Part shown: positions 48,796-58,778 of the stretch, piece by piece
How positions within the stretch are numbered: the stretch's first letter is position 1
Layout of the letters: each line of letters starts with the position of its first letter
Assembly: GCA_965219385.1 (NCBI GenBank)
Contig: CBDCNM010000002.1
Coordinates: 1,606,936-1,670,935, forward strand
Origin: Candidatus Latescibacterota bacterium
Lineage (GTDB): Bacteria; Latescibacterota; UBA2968; UBA8231
Direction: 5' to 3'
DNA: 64,000 bases
Notes under the pieces: generated by a model
Seen by the model: the letters and a program-made list of their open reading frames with translations, nothing else
Databases searched by the model: none
Told to the model about the DNA's origin: nothing
Program-made: the position numbers and the translations under genes

Positions 48796-50019
48796 TCAGG
48801 GCTGAAATTTCTCCAGCGAGGCTTCCGCTGCGATTTCCCGCGGGGACAAATAGGTGGCACCTTGAGGCCGTCGCTGGGCCCGGTGCCATACCAGGGCCGC
48901 ACCCACCAGGGTCAGCAGGCCCATGCACCAGAACATCGGGACAAAGTCGAGCCCGTGCACCAGGACCCCGCCCAAGATCGGGCCGACGACCTTGCCGGCG
49001 TTTTTGAGGGTGCCGATCAGGCCCATGCCGGCGCCCAGGTGGCGCGGGTGCACCTGGGTCGATACCAGAGCCACGGTGGAAGGGAAAACCAGGGCCTGGG
49101 CCCCCCCAATTAAAAGGGCCAGGGCCACAAAGGGGAAAATACCCTTGGACAGGGTGAGAAGGAAGAGGGCCAGGGCCAGAAGGATCATGCCCAGGGCTAT
49201 GGTTTGGCAATAACCCAGGTAGTCGCCGAGGCGCCCGCCCGCCGCCCGCAGCATTAGGTGGGCGGCCTCCTGGATGGAGAAGAAGGCCCCGACCAGGACC
49301 ACGCTGACGCCCAGCGAGAGGGCGTAGAGAGGGAGAAAAGTACGGGCGGCATACAGGGCGACGAACAGGGTGAATTCAAGGCCGCCAGCCAGGTAGATAG
49401 AAGGGGTGCGGGCCCCGGATTCCAGGGCCTCGGCGATCTGGCGGCGGAGGGGAGGGCGGTCCAGTCTGGCGGCGGGCGCTGTCAGCAGCAGAGTTGGCAC
49501 TAGGGCCAGCGTGCTCAGCAGCCCGATGAGGGTGAAGACCTCGACCGGATCCATGTCCAGCAGCAGCCAGCCGGCCACGGCCGGTCCTACGATGTACCCG
49601 CCGTGGCGACCCATGCCGAAATAACCCAGTCTTTCAGCGCGCCCCTGCCGGCTCTGCTCGGCCACGAAGGCCAGGCTTACCGGGCCGTAGATGGCGGTGG
49701 CCAGGCCGTGGACAAGCCGCAGGGCAAAGAGTTGGTCCGGGGTCTGGACCAAACCGTAGAGAAAGGGCACCCCGATAAAAAAACCCGTGCCCGCCAGCAG
49801 CCACCAGCGCCGCCCCCAGCGGTCGGAGAGCAGACCGAAGGTCGGCTTGAGCACCAGGCCGGTCAGGGTCGAAACCGAGACGATCAACCCCAGGATGATA
49901 TCGGTGGCGCCCAGGCCGGCGGCAAAGATGGGCAGGAGGGGGGTCTTGCCCATCTGGTAGCCGGAGCGGACGATGAAGTCGGCCAGGGTGATGTTGACTA
50001 GATTGGAGGAGCCCTTCAT
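48796..50019 (-). CDS. MFS transporter
   Basis: FGLLSDRWGRR motif A, GRLGD and about 12 TM helices. Confidence 0.9.
   Translation of the reverse strand: MKGSSNLVNITLADFIVRSGYQMGKTPLLPIFAAGLGATDIILGLIVSVSTLTGLVLKPTFGLLSDRWGRRWWLLAGTGFFIGVPFLYGLVQTPDQLFALRLVHGLATAIYGPVSLAFVAEQSRQGRAERLGYFGMGRHGGYIVGPAVAGWLLLDMDPVEVFTLIGLLSTLALVPTLLLTAPAARLDRPPLRRQIAEALESGARTPSIYLAGGLEFTLFVALYAARTFLPLYALSLGVSVVLVGAFFSIQEAAHLMLRAAGGRLGDYLGYCQTIALGMILLALALFLLTLSKGIFPFVALALLIGGAQALVFPSTVALVSTQVHPRHLGAGMGLIGTLKNAGKVVGPILGGVLVHGLDFVPMFWCMGLLTLVGAALVWHRAQRRPQGATYLSPREIAAEASLEKFQP
48940..49109 (-). repeat. second copy of the 170-bp direct repeat, inside the MFS gene
   Basis: See 39140-39309. Confidence 0.92.
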
Positions 50020-50022
50020 GGT

Positions 50023-53000
50023 CTAGGTGGCGATCGGAGGTAGATCGGCCTGGCGGATCTGCTGGTTGAAGTCTGCCACATCTTTTTCGATCAGCGCTTC
50101 CAACTCGCCCAGACGCCCGTCGAGCTGGGCCGCAAGATGCTCGAAGACATCGTAGGCCTGTTGCGGCGGGGCCGCATCGGCGACGTCGACCACACTGGTC
50201 AGCCCGGCCAGCTTGGCGTTGAGGCGGCTGGGGTGGCGGATCCGGTCGGCCGGCGACTCTTCCCCGGTCTGGATCAGTTCGTTTTCGATGGCCAGCAGTT
50301 TTTCCCCCAGGGCCTTTGCCGCCTCGATGACGGTGGCATCGGTCTGGTCGGTGCGGCCCTCCCACTCCTTCACCTGGTAGCGGATCCGGCGGATGCGGTT
50401 GATGGCTTGATTGGCCTCGGACAGCCTGGCGTGGATCCGGCGCCACAACTCGAACTGGGCGTCCAGGTCTTCCTGCGAGGCCTGTACCCGCGGGTCCTTG
50501 CGAATTTCGAAGGACTGGGTCCATTCCTCCTCGCCCAGCACCAGCCGCACCTGGTACTGACCCGGAGGGGCCAGGGGACCGCTCCGGGGGGTATGCGGCT
50601 GGGACCGGGGACCATTGAGGGGCTTCTTTTTGGTCTTGTCGGGCAAGACCTTCGGAGCCTCCGGGTGGCGCATATCCCATACAAAGCGGTTCAGGCCCGC
50701 CGCGGCGGGTGCGAAGCGGTCTTCCTCGTCCCCGGTGTCGTCCTCGTCCTTTTGGCGGTCGGTATCGTCTTCCTCCGTTTTGCTGGTGAAGACCTTGATC
50801 CGTTCGCCCTGGGCGTCCAGGAATTCGAGCCGGATGGGTTCGCCGGGGGTTTGGTTTAAAGTATAGTAGACGATGACGCCCTGCGGTGGGTTTTCCCCGG
50901 CGTCCAGCAAGCGGCGGGTGGGCTCGCCCTCGGGGGATTTGTCCTGGTAGAAGGCGGCGTGGGCGCCCAGGCCCAGCATGTAGTTTTTGCCCGGGCCGCG
51001 GAAGAGATTGGTGCTCCAGGTCAACCAGCGGCGGTAGGCCGGACAGGGCGCGAAGAGATGGGCGGGCGCCCGGGTCGTCTCTTCCTCAAACCGGCGCAGG
51101 GGCGTCAGGTCGTCCAGGATCCAGAACGAACGGCCGTGGGTGCCGGCCACCAGGTCCTCGTCCTTGACGACCAGGTCGTAGATCGGGACCACGGGCAGGT
51201 TGGTCTGCAGGCGCTGCCAGCTCGAGCCGTGGTCCAAAGAGATGTAGACCCCGCTCTCCGTGCCCACGTAGAGCAGGCCGGGCCGCACCGGATCCTCGCG
51301 CACCACGCGGGTGAATTCGTCCTCGGGGAAGCCGGCGCTGATGTTTTGCCAGGTCTGGCCGTAGTCCCGGGTGCAATACAGGTAGGGACCGTAGTCGTCC
51401 AGCTTGTAGCGGGTGGCGGCCACCCAGGCGGTGTCCGGGACGTGCGGCGAGGCCTCGATCTTGCTGATCAGGGTAAGCTCGGGCAGATCCGGCGGGGTGA
51501 TGTCCTGCCAGGTCCGGCCCCCGTTCCTGGAGATGTGGATCAGGCCGTCGTCGCTGCCGGCCCACAACACCCCCGGCTCGTGGGGGGACTCGACAAAGGC
51601 GTAGACCGTGCCGTAGCCTTCGGCACCGGTGTTGTCGTGGGTGATGGGGCCGCCCGAAACACCGAGGGTGCTCGGGTCGTTGCGGGTCAGGTCCGGGCTG
51701 ATGGCTTCCCAGCTGTTGCCCTCGTCGGTCGAGCGGAAGATCAGGTTGCCGGCCGCGTAGAGCACCTGCGAATCGTGCGGCGAAAAGGCGATGGGGAAGG
51801 TCCAGGAAAAGCGGTACTTGAGGTCGTTGGGGGCCCAACCGGAGCTTTCTTCCGGCCACACATTGACCAGGCGGATCTGGCGGGTGCGGTGGTCGTAGCG
51901 CTGCAGCACGCCATTGCCCCCCGGCGAACTGCCGATGGCGCCGATATAGGCGATGTCGGGGTCCTGGGGGTGCACCGCGATGTCGCCGCTCTCGCCGGTG
52001 CCCACCGGGTAGCAGTGGCTCCAGGGGATGCCCCCGTACTCGGTGGCGCTGGGCACGGTGATGCTGGAGTTGTCCTGCTGGGTGGCGTAGACCTGGTAGG
52101 GAAAGCGGGTGTCCGTGGTTACGCGGTAGAACTGGGAGGTGGGCTGGTTGTAGATGGTGGACCAGGTCTGGCCGCCGTTGAAGGAGACGCAGGCCCCGCC
52201 GTCGTTGCCCTCGATCATGCGCCCAGGATCGCGCGGGTCAATCCACAGGTCGTGGTTGTCGCCGTGGGGCGTGGTGATCTCGGTGAAGGTGCGCCCCCCG
52301 TCGGTGGATTTCCACATCTTGAGGTTGGTGACGTACACGGTTTCGGGGTCCTGGGGATCGGCAAAGATGTGGCAGTAGTAGAAGGGGCGCTGGTAGAGGT
52401 CGCGGTGGTCGGTCAGCAACTCCCAGGTGTCGCCCCCGTCGTCCGAGCGGAACACCCCGCCCTGCTCGGCTTCGACGATGGCCCAGACCCGGCCGGGTTG
52501 GGCCGGGGAGGCAGTCACCCCGATCTTGCCCTTGAGGCCTTTGGGCAGCTCGGCTTTGTCGGTGAGGTCTTCCCAGGTATCGCCCCCGTCCCGGGTGCGG
52601 TAGAGGCCGCTGTCGGGCCCGCCGCTGGAAAAGGTCCAGAAGTTGCGGTAGGCCTCCCAGATCGAAGCGTAGAGGATGCGGGGGTTGTCCGGGTCCATGG
52701 TCAGGTCCACGGCCCCGGCCTTGTCGCTGCGAAACAGCACTTTTCCCCAGGTCTGGCCGCCGTCTTTGGAGCGGAACACCCCGCGCTCCGGGTTGGGGCC
52801 GTAGAGGTGGCCCAGGGCCGCCACGTAGACCCGGTCGGGATCCTGGGGATGGATGCGGATCTCGCCGATGTGGCGGGTGTCTTTGAGGCCGGCGTGGCTC
52901 CAGGTCCGGCCGCCGTCGGTGGTTTTGTAGACTCCGTCGCCGGAGGTGACGTCGAGGCGGATATTGGTTTCGCCGGTGCCGGCGTAGAGGACATTGGGGT

Positions 53001-53241
53001 CGGACTCGGACACGGCGATGGCGCCGATGGCGGCGGAGTTGAAGTAGCCGTCCGAGATGTTTTCCCAGTAGGTGCCCCCGTCGGTGGTTTTCCACACCCC
53101 GCCGCCGCAGGCGCCGAAGTAGAAGACCATGCTTTCGGTGGGGTGTCCGGCCACGGCCGCGACCCGGCCGCCGCGCGGCGGGCCGATGCAGCGCCATTTG
53201 AGTCCCTGCAGCAGGGTGGGATCTGATTGTGATGCGTCCAT
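50023..53241 (-). CDS. VPS10/sortilin-like BNR-repeat beta-propeller glycosyl hydrolase
   Basis: WR.IGP.RGGR, repeated S/TxDGG.TW Asp-boxes, HGDNH, QDN and THGRSFWILDD; no obvious signal peptide. Confidence 0.88.
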   Translation of the reverse strand: MDASQSDPTLLQGLKWRCIGPPRGGRVAAVAGHPTESMVFYFGACGGGVWKTTDGGTYWENISDGYFNSAAIGAIAVSESDPNVLYAGTGETNIRLDVTSGDGVYKTTDGGRTWSHAGLKDTRHIGEIRIHPQDPDRVYVAALGHLYGPNPERGVFRSKDGGQTWGKVLFRSDKAGAVDLTMDPDNPRILYASIWEAYRNFWTFSSGGPDSGLYRTRDGGDTWEDLTDKAELPKGLKGKIGVTASPAQPGRVWAIVEAEQGGVFRSDDGGDTWELLTDHRDLYQRPFYYCHIFADPQDPETVYVTNLKMWKSTDGGRTFTEITTPHGDNHDLWIDPRDPGRMIEGNDGGACVSFNGGQTWSTIYNQPTSQFYRVTTDTRFPYQVYATQQDNSSITVPSATEYGGIPWSHCYPVGTGESGDIAVHPQDPDIAYIGAIGSSPGGNGVLQRYDHRTRQIRLVNVWPEESSGWAPNDLKYRFSWTFPIAFSPHDSQVLYAAGNLIFRSTDEGNSWEAISPDLTRNDPSTLGVSGGPITHDNTGAEGYGTVYAFVESPHEPGVLWAGSDDGLIHISRNGGRTWQDITPPDLPELTLISKIEASPHVPDTAWVAATRYKLDDYGPYLYCTRDYGQTWQNISAGFPEDEFTRVVREDPVRPGLLYVGTESGVYISLDHGSSWQRLQTNLPVVPIYDLVVKDEDLVAGTHGRSFWILDDLTPLRRFEEETTRAPAHLFAPCPAYRRWLTWSTNLFRGPGKNYMLGLGAHAAFYQDKSPEGEPTRRLLDAGENPPQGVIVYYTLNQTPGEPIRLEFLDAQGERIKVFTSKTEEDDTDRQKDEDDTGDEEDRFAPAAAGLNRFVWDMRHPEAPKVLPDKTKKKPLNGPRSQPHTPRSGPLAPPGQYQVRLVLGEEEWTQSFEIRKDPRVQASQEDLDAQFELWRRIHARLSEANQAINRIRRIRYQVKEWEGRTDQTDATVIEAAKALGEKLLAIENELIQTGEESPADRIRHPSRLNAKLAGLTSVVDVADAAPPQQAYDVFEHLAAQLDGRLGELEALIEKDVADFNQQIRQADLPPIAT

Positions 53242-53289
53242 GGGTGAGCTCCGTTTAAGTTGTCGGTAGGTACATTGGTAATTCGATTT

Positions 53290-54030
53290 TCAATCCTCTT
53301 TCAAAAAGTCGTGCAGGATTTCGCCGTAGCCTTCGGTGAAGTCCTGCTCTAGGTAATGGGCCCCGTAGTATTCCAGGGGGGTAAAGTCGGACAGATCGTA
53401 AATGGGGGACGGATTGAATTGCACCACCCCGTCCCCCTGGCGGCACACGTGGACGGTGCTGTCGTAGCTTATGTGATCGCCCCCGATCAGCTGTAGGACG
53501 TCGAGCCCTTTGCCATCCACCCTGGGGATGGCCTTGAGGCGCCAGGCGGGCTGCAGGCTGGGCATGTCCTCGGGTTGGGCCTCCCGGTGCATGGTCGAGC
53601 GGATGCTCAGTACCGAGGTGCCGGCCAGCAGGGTGTCGGTGTAGATCACCCTTTCGTCCATCTCCACCCTCATATCGGCGTAGACCTTGGGGGTGCCGTA
53701 AATCTCCCGGCCGGCCGGGATGCTGCCGCGGGAATTGAGGAACACCACCGGGGCAAAAAAGCCCTCCTGGCCCTTGTAGGTGCACTTCACCGTCAGCACG
53801 CTCTCCTCGAACTTGCCGTAGTTGGCCGACCAGGGGATGGCCAGGCCAATGGCCGCGCAAAAGCCGTCTTCCGCAGGTTCGAAGCACTCCGGCAGCACCC
53901 GGTCGATGGCCGCCACGTCAGCGCGGAAGTACACGAAGTGGAAGCGCCCGTTGCGGTAGCGCGCCGGGGGCATGGGGTAATAGGGCGAAAAAGCGGGCAT
54001 GTTGGCGATTTGGTCCAGGGGGATGCTCAT
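53290..54030 (-). CDS. acetoacetate decarboxylase-like family protein
   Basis: AGREIYGTPK (Schiff-base Lys motif) and LKAIP. Confidence 0.85.
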   Translation of the reverse strand: MSIPLDQIANMPAFSPYYPMPPARYRNGRFHFVYFRADVAAIDRVLPECFEPAEDGFCAAIGLAIPWSANYGKFEESVLTVKCTYKGQEGFFAPVVFLNSRGSIPAGREIYGTPKVYADMRVEMDERVIYTDTLLAGTSVLSIRSTMHREAQPEDMPSLQPAWRLKAIPRVDGKGLDVLQLIGGDHISYDSTVHVCRQGDGVVQFNPSPIYDLSDFTPLEYYGAHYLEQDFTEGYGEILHDFLKED

Positions 54031-54120
54031 GGATCTACTCCTTGGGGGCGAGTGGGCGGCCGGATTACCGGGAATTCGTCGCCGGCCATGTGTAGGATCA
54101 GCCGCAGCACATTGCTCCTC

Positions 54121-54849
54121 TCAGACTTCGAGAGCGTAGAGCCGGTTCTGGGCTTCCACGGTCAGGCGTTGCGAGTAGTGGTACACCTGGCCGATCTGGC
54201 GGCCCTCGGCGCCGCTTGCGCGGATCGGGGTGGGCGCCTCGATGACAAAGTCGGCGAAGTGCGGCGCATTGAAGGCGACAAAGGCGAGCGCGAGGCACTC
54301 CACCCTGCGCTGGCAGGGTTTATCCAGATCGGGGAAGGCCACAGGGCCGGAATCGACCTGGTAGATCTGGTTTTCCTGATGGGTGTTCACGGTCTTGACC
54401 GGGTATTCGATGATGGCGCCCAGTCCGGTCTGGGGGTTCCGGATCTCGGTCTGGGCCACGATGGGCCGGAAGGCGTAGGTCGCCTGAAAGACGGCCTCGT
54501 GGGTGGTGAGTTCGGCGCAGGAGGCCGCCTCGATCAGGTGGTACTCCTGGCCGCCCCACAATTCCTCGCTCGGGAGGTATTCCCGGTAGTTCTCGTTGAG
54601 GTAGGCCTTGCGGCGGAAAACGACGCTGTGGTGCGGGCCGAAGATGGGCAGGAAGTCGTAGTTGTCCTGGTGGAACAGGTCCTTTTCGGCAAAGGTGTGC
54701 TCGCTCTTGCAGGAGCCGGCCTGGATATAGTCCTGGCTGGCGCCGGTTTTTTCGTCGATGAGGCGGGTCCGGGACTCGACCCAGAACCGCACCTGGTTGG
54801 CCGGCGCCTTGCCGAGCAGAAACGAACGTCCGTAGTCGAGTGGTCGCAT
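54121..54849 (-). CDS. conserved hypothetical protein
   Basis: LDY.RSF, RFWVESR, SCKSEHTF, NYDF.PIF, IEYPVKT.N and QVDSGP. Confidence 0.65.
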   Translation of the reverse strand: MRPLDYGRSFLLGKAPANQVRFWVESRTRLIDEKTGASQDYIQAGSCKSEHTFAEKDLFHQDNYDFLPIFGPHHSVVFRRKAYLNENYREYLPSEELWGGQEYHLIEAASCAELTTHEAVFQATYAFRPIVAQTEIRNPQTGLGAIIEYPVKTVNTHQENQIYQVDSGPVAFPDLDKPCQRRVECLALAFVAFNAPHFADFVIEAPTPIRASGAEGRQIGQVYHYSQRLTVEAQNRLYALEV

Positions 54850-54855
54850 GGGATC

Positions 54856-56112
54856 TTACTCCCAGATGGGCCAGTCTTGTGCCTGGAGCTGCTTCCAGAT
54901 GCGGTCGAATTCCTCGCTGCCGTCGTCCTCGCGCTCGTCCAGGCGGATGCCCGCGGCAAAGGCCTCGTCCACCCCCTGTTTCATCAGGCCCTCGGCCTGC
55001 TGCAGGTTGCGGTAGTAGTGCTTGACGCCGCCGGGCAGACTGACCACCGAGAAGAAGCGGGGCCACTCCGGCTCCGGGGTATCGCTGTAGCGTTTCACCG
55101 CGTCCTCGTCCAGCTCCACGCCCAACCCCGGCCCCGCGGGCACCTTCATGAAGCCGCGCTGGACCGGGTGCGGCTCGACGATCAGATCGTCTTCGTAGGC
55201 GTGGCTGGTGGTCACGGCCGGCAGGGTGGCGGTGTGCATCACCGCGCCCAGCTGGCAGGCAAAGGCCGCGGTAATGCCGCTGCCCACGTACTGCAGCAGG
55301 ATGGGGGTGTTGGCCGCGGCAAAGGCCCAGGAGGCGGCCAGGGCGTTTCGGATGTTCTCGTGGCTGCACAGGGCCCCGTCAAAGTCCCCGGCGCGCAGCC
55401 CGAGCCAGGGGCCCGAGGGCTGGCGCGAGGCCCCGTCGAAGATCGTGCCCACTCCGTGCAGGTAAAAGGGGATGCGGATCTCCTGGTGCAGGCGGCGCCA
55501 GCCCTCGATATCATAGGCGAAGATGGGCTCTTCCAGGCCCTTGACCACGGGGATCTTCTCCAGCTCCCGCAGGATGGGCAGGGCCCTTTCCACGTTGACC
55601 AGGGAGCCGTTGAAATCGTATTCCACGCGAAAGTCGGGCGGGGCCACTTCCTGGATGGCGTGCGACTGCTCGACCACGTCGTAGAAGGCCCGGGCCTTGC
55701 ACTTGAGGCCGCGGTAGCCGCGCTCGGCGGCGACCTGGACTTCGGCGGCCGAGTCCTCGGGCGACATGCAAGGCATCCACCAGCCCATGCTGACCCACTG
55801 GCGTCGCTGCTGCCCCATCACCTTCCAGGCCGGGACCCCCAGGTGCTTGCCCATCAGGTCGTAGCAGGCCATGTCCAGGTTGAAGGGGCCGGTGCTCATG
55901 GTGTGGTCGAAGGGGTCGGTACCCAGGTAGGGGTTCAGCAGCTCCTGCTCGAAAGGCGGGCCCGGGTTCTCGCCCAGGCCCACCAGGCCGACGTCGGTGT
56001 GAAATCTGTACACCGTGTGCCCTTCTTCCATGGCGAAGTGGTAGTATTGTTTGCGGATGCGTTCCTCGTAGGGCAGGCGCAGGGGCAAGACTTCGATGTC
56101 GGTGATTTTCAT
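54856..56112 (-). CDS. mandelate racemase/muconate lactonizing (enolase superfamily) enzyme
   Basis: G.GE, A.YDL.GK, K.K, D.N, E.P and P.GPGLGVELDE motifs. Confidence 0.88.
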   Translation of the reverse strand: MKITDIEVLPLRLPYEERIRKQYYHFAMEEGHTVYRFHTDVGLVGLGENPGPPFEQELLNPYLGTDPFDHTMSTGPFNLDMACYDLMGKHLGVPAWKVMGQQRRQWVSMGWWMPCMSPEDSAAEVQVAAERGYRGLKCKARAFYDVVEQSHAIQEVAPPDFRVEYDFNGSLVNVERALPILRELEKIPVVKGLEEPIFAYDIEGWRRLHQEIRIPFYLHGVGTIFDGASRQPSGPWLGLRAGDFDGALCSHENIRNALAASWAFAAANTPILLQYVGSGITAAFACQLGAVMHTATLPAVTTSHAYEDDLIVEPHPVQRGFMKVPAGPGLGVELDEDAVKRYSDTPEPEWPRFFSVVSLPGGVKHYYRNLQQAEGLMKQGVDEAFAAGIRLDEREDDGSEEFDRIWKQLQAQDWPIWE

Positions 56113-56231
56113 ATCGGTGTTCTCCGGTTTATTTGATGGGTGTAAGGCTGCAAAGAATTTGTATCATTCGGGAGGAGTCGTCCAGGATTTTTTGTCTTGC
56201 TCACCCTTTGATCGCGCCAAAGGTCACGGGA

Positions 56232-58778
56232 TCACAGCCGCGGATCCACCGGCTCGCTCTCCAGGGCCAGGACGCCGAAGACGCACTCGTGGACCCGGCG
56301 CAGGGGCTCGTGGCGGACGAAGCGTTCCAGGGCTTCGATCCCCAGGGCGAATTCGCGCAGGGCCAGGGAGCGCTTGGCCTTCAGGCTGCGCCGGCGCAGC
56401 TGCTCGAGCCGTTCCGGAAGGGTGTACTCGGGACCGTAGATGAGGCGCAGGTACTCGCGGCCCCGGCACTTGGTCGCCGGTTGCACCAGGCCGCGCCGGC
56501 CCGTGGCGACGAAGTCGAGGGGCTTGACCACCATGCCCTCGCCGCCGCGCCCGGTCATCTCTTCCCACCAGTTCGCGCCGGCCTTTTGGCTGTCCTCGGC
56601 GGTGGTGTCCACGGCCTGGCAGGCCGTCGCGCGCATAAGTTCGGACTCGGCGGCGCAGAGCCTTCCCAGCATTTCCATGTGCCAGAGGTGGCTCTTGTCG
56701 TGGTGCACCGCGCCCTCGCTCGCCAGCAGGTGGAAAGGTGCCAGTTTGAGATCGTCTACGGAGCGGACGGGCCAGCAGTAGTGGCGATAGGCACGGATAT
56801 AGCGTTCGACCAGGTGCGCACGGGTTTGCCAGCTTTCCAGTAAAGAGCCCACCTCGGCGCCCCTGGCCGCGGCCTCTTCCAGGGCTGTGACGGCCGCCCG
56901 CAGCGAGGTCCTGGCCGCGGCGCCCACGGCGGCGTACTGGTCCTGTAGCAATTGCTGTGCCTTGGCCGACCAGGGCATCAACTCGCAATCCAGCACCATC
57001 CAGGAGGTATCCAGCTCGTCCCACAGGCCGGCCCGGGCGCTGGCGGCGCCCACGCACCCCAGGAATTCGGTCTCCACGGCCTGCTCTGCAAAAAAGCGCC
57101 GGCCCGTGCGGGTGTAGCACATGCCCACACCGCCGTCCGGCACGCCAAAGCGCTCCCGGGCGCTGTGCTCGTCCCGGCAAAGGACGACCACGGCCCGCGA
57201 GCCCATGTGTTTCTCCTGACACACCACCTGGTCCACGCCGTTGCCGCGGTAGTAGGCAAAGGCCTCGTCCGGGTGCTCCAGCACATCCAGCCGGACGCTG
57301 GTCTCGCCCGGGGCCATGGTCGGGGGCAGGTAGATCAGCCATTTCGGCTCCACGGCAAAGCGGCTGATTGCTTCCAGGGCGGCCGCGGCGTTTCCCTCGC
57401 GGATGGTGATGCGCGGCTGCAGAGAGGTGTCGATGATGCGCTTGCCCGAGACATCGGCGATGTCGAGCACGTCGTCGTGTTCCTGCTGGGCCGACAGGAC
57501 GGGGGCCGGCTCTTCCTGGTCCAGAAAGGGCCGCACCGGGTCGGCGTATGCCCGGGACGCCGGAACCGATAGCAGTTCGTTTTCGGGGTAGCGCAGCGCG
57601 GTCAGGCTGCCGCCGAAGGCACAGCCGGTGTCGATGTTGATGGTGCGGTTGAGCCACTCGGCCGCAGGCACGGGGGTGTGGCCGTAAACCACGGTGGCGT
57701 TCCCCCTGTACTCCGCGGCCCAGTCGTGGCGCACGGGCCGGCCGAATTCGTCGGTTTCGCCCGTGGTCTCGCCGAAGAGGGCGAACTGGCGCACCGCGCC
57801 GGAGGCGCGTCCGGCCAGCTCTTGCTTCATGCCGGCGTGGGCCACGAGCAGGCGACCGTCGTCCAGCACGTAGTGACTGACGAGGCCGTCGATGAAGTCT
57901 TGCACCCGCTTCTTAAACTCCGGAGGGTGGCTGGCCAGCTGGACGAGCGAAGCGGCGAGGCCGTGGGTGGGCTGGACCTTTTTGCCCTGCAGGGCGCGCC
58001 GCAGACGGATGTCGTGGTTGCCGGGCACGCACAGGGCCTTGCCCTCCTCGACCATGGCCAGCACCAGTGCCAGCACCTGCGGGGTCGCCGGGCCGCGGTC
58101 CACCAGATCGCCCAGGAACACGGCTTTGCGGCCGACCGGGGGTGTGACCCGGGTGCCGGCGACGGTGTAGCCCAGTTTATCCAGGAGTTGCACGAGTTCG
58201 TCGAAGCACCCGTGTACATCGCCGATGAGGTCGAAGGGGCCGCTTTCGTCGCGCCGGTCGGGCCACAGCTTTTCGCGCTCGATGCGGACGCCGGCCGCGT
58301 CTTGTTCCGAGCGCAGCACGTATATCCTTCTGAAGCCCTCGCGTTTCAAGGTTTTGAGCGAGCGCCGCAGTTGCTGGCAGTGCTGCCCGATGACGTGCTC
58401 ACCCAGGCTGCGGTCGGTCCTCTCTTTGTTGCGCTGGCGGCAGACCTGCTCCGGCAGGTCCAGAACGAGGGCGACCGGGAGGGCGTGATGGGCTCGGGCC
58501 AGCTCCACTAGGGGCTTGCGCGCAAAGGCCTGGACATTGGTAGCGTCCACCACCGTCAGTTTCATGCTGGCGAGGCGTTTGGCGGCGATGTAGTGCAGGG
58601 CCTCGAAGGCGTCGTCGGTGGACTCCAGGCTGTTCTCGTCGTCGGAAACCAGGCCGCGGAAAAAGTCCGAAGACAGGGTTTCGGTCGCCAGGAAGTGCTG
58701 GCGCGCAAAGGTGGACTTGCCGGAACCGGAGGCGCCGATCAGGACCACGAGGGAGAATTCGGGCAGGACGATGTTCAC
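56232..58778 (-). CDS. pnkp: polynucleotide kinase-phosphatase-ligase (bacterial Pnkp)
   Basis: GASGSGKS P-loop; GDVHG, GDLVDRG and GNHD phosphoesterase; EKHMGSR adenylylation motif; KCRGREYLR; C-terminal VDPRL. Confidence 0.95.
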   Translation of the reverse strand: MNIVLPEFSLVVLIGASGSGKSTFARQHFLATETLSSDFFRGLVSDDENSLESTDDAFEALHYIAAKRLASMKLTVVDATNVQAFARKPLVELARAHHALPVALVLDLPEQVCRQRNKERTDRSLGEHVIGQHCQQLRRSLKTLKREGFRRIYVLRSEQDAAGVRIEREKLWPDRRDESGPFDLIGDVHGCFDELVQLLDKLGYTVAGTRVTPPVGRKAVFLGDLVDRGPATPQVLALVLAMVEEGKALCVPGNHDIRLRRALQGKKVQPTHGLAASLVQLASHPPEFKKRVQDFIDGLVSHYVLDDGRLLVAHAGMKQELAGRASGAVRQFALFGETTGETDEFGRPVRHDWAAEYRGNATVVYGHTPVPAAEWLNRTINIDTGCAFGGSLTALRYPENELLSVPASRAYADPVRPFLDQEEPAPVLSAQQEHDDVLDIADVSGKRIIDTSLQPRITIREGNAAAALEAISRFAVEPKWLIYLPPTMAPGETSVRLDVLEHPDEAFAYYRGNGVDQVVCQEKHMGSRAVVVLCRDEHSARERFGVPDGGVGMCYTRTGRRFFAEQAVETEFLGCVGAASARAGLWDELDTSWMVLDCELMPWSAKAQQLLQDQYAAVGAAARTSLRAAVTALEEAAARGAEVGSLLESWQTRAHLVERYIRAYRHYCWPVRSVDDLKLAPFHLLASEGAVHHDKSHLWHMEMLGRLCAAESELMRATACQAVDTTAEDSQKAGANWWEEMTGRGGEGMVVKPLDFVATGRRGLVQPATKCRGREYLRLIYGPEYTLPERLEQLRRRSLKAKRSLALREFALGIEALERFVRHEPLRRVHECVFGVLALESEPVDPRL

